Shown in pieces: positions 60,464 through 64,000 of a DNA stretch of 64,000 nucleotides. The position numbers and the translations under genes were made by a program. The notes beneath the pieces are model-generated. The model did no database searches. It saw only the letters and a program-made list of their open reading frames with translations, and was not told the origin of the DNA. The DNA is from Oopsacas minuta (taxonomy: Eukaryota > Animalia > Porifera). The stretch lies in contig JAKMXF010000177.1 in NCBI GenBank assembly GCA_024704765.1, positions 696,526-760,525 on the forward strand, given 5' to 3'. Within the stretch, counting starts at the first letter, position 1. The number at the start of each line of letters is the position of its first letter.

Positions 60464-60606
60464 CAGTCGATTCTCTCTAGTTGTTCACATGTTTATACTT
60501 AAATCTCGTAATCGTTATTCACTTGGAATTCTCTAATTGTCAAGGGTTCTCTAATTGTCCGCTTCGGCCCATTTCCCACTAGTGAATAATTCGAGAGGAT
60601 CCACTG
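60464..60606. mobile_element. Tc1/pogo-type MITE in the REXO1 intron, 143 bp
   Basis: TA|CAGTCGATTCTCTC ... GAGAGGATCCACTG|TA. Confidence 0.8.
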
Positions 60607-61154
60607 TACTTGACTCTAATGAATGCTGCAATACTGGTGCCACTACGTCATAATTTTGTTATAGGTGTGATATTTCTTCCAAGACTCGAAAATTGCCCGA
60701 GCCAGGGCTAAAATATCCCTGTATGACAAAAAAATTGTTCATACAGTTACATTGTCTCCATTCAATCCCGAACGCACAACATGTATATATTTATCAATAC
60801 ATCCAAAAGTATTATGTGATTGTTACGATATTTTGTGGTTAAGCTCGAAATTGTTAATAAATATTCGTGCTACTTACTAGATATGACTTTAGTATTTGAA
60901 CTTGACATTAAGTACTTAGTGAACTTTCTATTAACGATTGGAAACTCCTGATTTCATCAACATTCTTCAAATTCATATTTATTTTATTTTGGAGCCTGTA
61001 ATTTGCAAATCAGAAAGATTTCTAAATTTGGCCAGAAGAATTTCATTTTTCATGTATTTATTCCAATTAAAGTATAGAATATTTAGGATTACGTATCATT
61101 TTTTGTAAAATATTTTGTTTTTCAAACACAATTTGATCAGTTCTCTATATGTAG

Positions 61155-62462
61155 GCAAAAGGTGATGAAAAGAAGATTTATGACCGTACAACAAACAAAC
61201 AGACTTACACCGGCATCTGTTTAAACACGTTGAAGAAGATACGAATAAGAGTTAACAGAGCTCTAGGAAACAACAAACCGAATAAGTTAGACGATTCTAA
61301 ATCTGTAAGCAAGAACGATACTACGAATTTGGACGTCGAAGCTACTACACCTGACTCAACAACTGCAGTTATTTGTAATTCTAATATTATTAAATCCAAA
61401 GATTCGTTAACCTCTCTAGGTGCAGTTTCCACAGACAATACACCTACAACTCCATTTGGTGATAATAGCGTATTGTTAAAATCATTTGACAGTTTAGCAG
61501 AGCGATTAAATATACCAGATAATTGTAATAAATCACAGAATAATGAATTTTATATTTTGCTTGAGAAATATTTGCTCACTGAAGAGCAATTGATTGAGAA
61601 TGCTTACCCAATGAAGACCTCAATACAAGGAGTAGCAGAGATCAAGGTTACGCCCTCCTCAACTGAACCCCACGATATTAACCCCAAAGCTAAGAGACAT
61701 TGTTGTGCGCGTTGTGGTAAAAACTTTATAATAATGAATAATGGTAGTTACATGCGTGCTGAGGAATGCTGGTATCATCACGGTAAGGCTTACAACCAGA
61801 AAGTAGGTGGAGAATGGATTGCAGTGTTCAGTTGCTGTCAGAGTTCTTCATTCAATGGATGTCAGGTTGCCGACAAGCATGTAACGAGTGGAGAAAAGCC
61901 TGCAAAACGAACCGGTTACACTCTCCTACAGAAACCTACTGAAGGGAAAGAGAAGAGAATTTTCGCTTTAGACTGCGAGATGGTTTACACAAGCATTGGA
62001 CTTGAATTGGCGCGTGTCTCTATCATAGACTACAACCATAACACTGTTTATGACAGCTATGTTAAGCCATACAATCAGGTGATTGATTACAACACTAGAT
62101 TTAGTGGTATTACAGTGCCAAAACTAACTGGGATTCTACCAAACTTGAAACAAGTTCAAAGAGATTTGAAACAAATCATGTTCAATGACTCTATTCTAAT
62201 CGGGCACAGTTTAGAAAGTGACTTAAAAGCACTGAAGATAATACATAACAGAGTGGTTGACACTGCTATAGTATTCCCGCATAGAAAAGGGGGACTATTC
62301 AAGAGAGCATTGTCTACATTAACCCGTGAGTATTTAGAGAAGATTATACAAGACGATGAAGGAGGTCATGACAGTGTAGAAGATGCCATAGCTTGTATTG
62401 AGTTGATGGAATTACAAATTTCACAAGATAGAGAGAAATTACAGAAACAGAAGAAATTTTGA
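61155..62462 (+). CDS. REXO1: RNA exonuclease 1 homologue, exon 2 (DEDDh domain)
   Basis: Acceptor TGTAG|GCA at 61154/61155, in frame (AKGDEKKIYDR...LNTLKKIR). C.RCGK, CWYHHGK, FALDCEMVYT, GHSLESDL, HDSVEDA. Joined protein 775 aa. Confidence 0.93.
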   Translation, partial: AKGDEKKIYDRTTNKQTYTGICLNTLKKIRIRVNRALGNNKPNKLDDSKSVSKNDTTNLDVEATTPDSTTAVICNSNIIKSKDSLTSLGAVSTDNTPTTPFGDNSVLLKSFDSLAERLNIPDNCNKSQNNEFYILLEKYLLTEEQLIENAYPMKTSIQGVAEIKVTPSSTEPHDINPKAKRHCCARCGKNFIIMNNGSYMRAEECWYHHGKAYNQKVGGEWIAVFSCCQSSSFNGCQVADKHVTSGEKPAKRTGYTLLQKPTEGKEKRIFALDCEMVYTSIGLELARVSIIDYNHNTVYDSYVKPYNQVIDYNTRFSGITVPKLTGILPNLKQVQRDLKQIMFNDSILIGHSLESDLKALKIIHNRVVDTAIVFPHRKGGLFKRALSTLTREYLEKIIQDDEGGHDSVEDAIACIELMELQISQDREKLQKQKKF

Positions 62463-62815
62463 GAATGGTAAGAGAAATTCGAAAGAAGAAATGCAAACAA
62501 ATTAACCTTGAAGCAAAAGGCTATGGATTTATCAATAATAATAAATTATCTAGAAATAACACATTTGAAGAAATATAATTATTTCAGTATATCTCTGAAC
62601 ATTATTAAGCTTGTACGTAGATTGCATTAGATTTGAATTAAATATTGCAAACTATTCGTTTAGTATTTATGGCCATTGCTTAGTAGAAAGGACACTCACT
62701 CTATTCTTCTCTTCACCTAGTTTGTTTTGGTTAATTTAATCATTATCCATCGGATAATACTCCTGTATGACAGACAGTTTAACTACTTCCATTAACAGAA
62801 CCCATGGGTTTTGGT

Positions 62816-63199
62816 CAGGGTTTCTTCCAGCTTTTATATGTAGCGCGCCTAAACGGGTTCTCGATTTCACTTACACGCCTAGAGTATTTGAATTTCGAAG
62901 CATCAAACTTAAATTTTGAGCGAACCATACATCCGTTACATATAATATGGTTAATACTACATTCCAGAGGTGTCATCTAGAATCTTTCACTATAAATAAT
63001 TAACTATTGAAGTAACATTGTATATTTATCTTTATTCAGTGTCTCTCTGTCCTTATGATTGTTACGTAACCCATTACATTATTCGTCGGAATTAGGTGTA
63101 TACATCGCGCCTAACTCTCAAAATTTCTTGCTCCTAACTATAGAAATTTTTTGTAAATACGTGCCTGTAGGCGCGCGTGGGCTCCTGGATGAAAGCCTG
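62816..63199 (-). mobile_element. Short form (384 bp) of the hAT MITE at 1717-2249
   Basis: Ends CAGGGTTTCTTCCAG / CTGGATGAAAGCCTG. 8-bp TSD GTTTTGGT / GTTCTGGT (7/8). Confidence 0.85.
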
Positions 63200-63902
63200 G
63201 TTCTGGTAGTGTTTGCAATCCCGAGATTCAGGATTGAATATTGCACATTAGATTATATGCTTACGCTAGTACAAATGAAATCAATTTCCAAAAGTATCGG
63301 AACACCCTGCCACAATTGACACCTCGTACAAAATGCATACCACCTTAGTTTATAGGCTAAAGATGATTGGTAACTGAACATAAATACATATATCATAAAC
63401 AACAAATAATTAGCTATTGTTTTACTGTCTACTATATCCATAGAATCTTACAAAGTATCCTCGCCATGTTTTTGCTACTTGTGCTGAAAGGATACAGTGT
63501 CCCAATACTTTTGGTCTGGTAGTGTATAGCAAAAATGAGTAAAACTAATCTTCGAGAGCCAAATTTCTCACTGATTAATTCTTGTTTTCCTCAGAGTTTT
63601 TCTATTTTTGAATTGATTCCATCGCTAAGAAAGATTGTATTACTTTAATCAGAATAAATATTTAAATAACTAAAATATCGAAATCACAATTGTTTAATAG
63701 AATTGTTCTAACCAGCAACCTAAAGTGGTATATAGACGGTAGTCTGAATATATCTCATAAAGTTAGCTCTACTTCTGGGGTATATCCTCTGATATAGGAA
63801 TCTCTGCCTGGTACACCTAAAATGAACCAATAAATAGCTAAATCATTAGTTTACTGTAGGACTTATTTTTACGAATCTTTTTACTTTTTACTACTTCGAT
63901 GA

Positions 63903-64000
63903 CACTGTCCAACAAATTTTTAGCATTTTTGCTTCTGGAATACACTGTAGTGTTTCTCATGTATTCAAGCACCCTGATTCCAAATATCCAATCAGTTTTT
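63903..64000 (+). mobile_element. Chapaev3-like 5' terminus running off the window end
   Basis: CACTGTCCAACAAATTTT..., near-identical to 9052-9150 and to 35718-35815 in reverse. Confidence 0.8.

Noticed and set aside
1-64000. tRNA, rRNA and prokaryotic operon or defence systems
   Set aside because: No cloverleaf/T-loop or rRNA signature was seen by eye. The content is metazoan with spliceosomal introns. A tRNAscan-SE/Infernal run would be needed to fully exclude small RNAs.

Overview
AT-rich, intron-poor animal genomic DNA from a gapped scaffold (N-runs at 503-1328, 6978-7231, 7906-8062; single Ns at 9855, 12017). Gene style (intronless housekeeping genes, many RING-less NHL proteins, cadherin/EGF content) suggests a sponge, possibly a glass sponge such as Oopsacas; this is inference only. 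Intact genes: PRPF38A, LRRC34, REXO1 (2 exons), an AidB/ACDH-11-type acyl-CoA dehydrogenase, a flavin amine/L-amino-acid oxidase, three NHL beta-propeller genes, and a DNase I homologue that has lost its metal-binding residues. Three rearranged clusters (about 1-12 kb, 32.9-47 kb, 62.8-64 kb) are built from the same four parts: a FEM1-like ankyrin/VHL-box gene (5 damaged copies), an EGF + hormone-receptor-domain single-pass receptor (2 large copies plus fragments), cadherin-repeat fragments, and Chapaev3-like (CMC) DNA transposons whose ends lie at or near several breakpoints. The window also holds many hAT, Tc1/pogo-type, MULE, CRE-like and foldback elements. No rRNA, tRNA or CRISPR array was seen.
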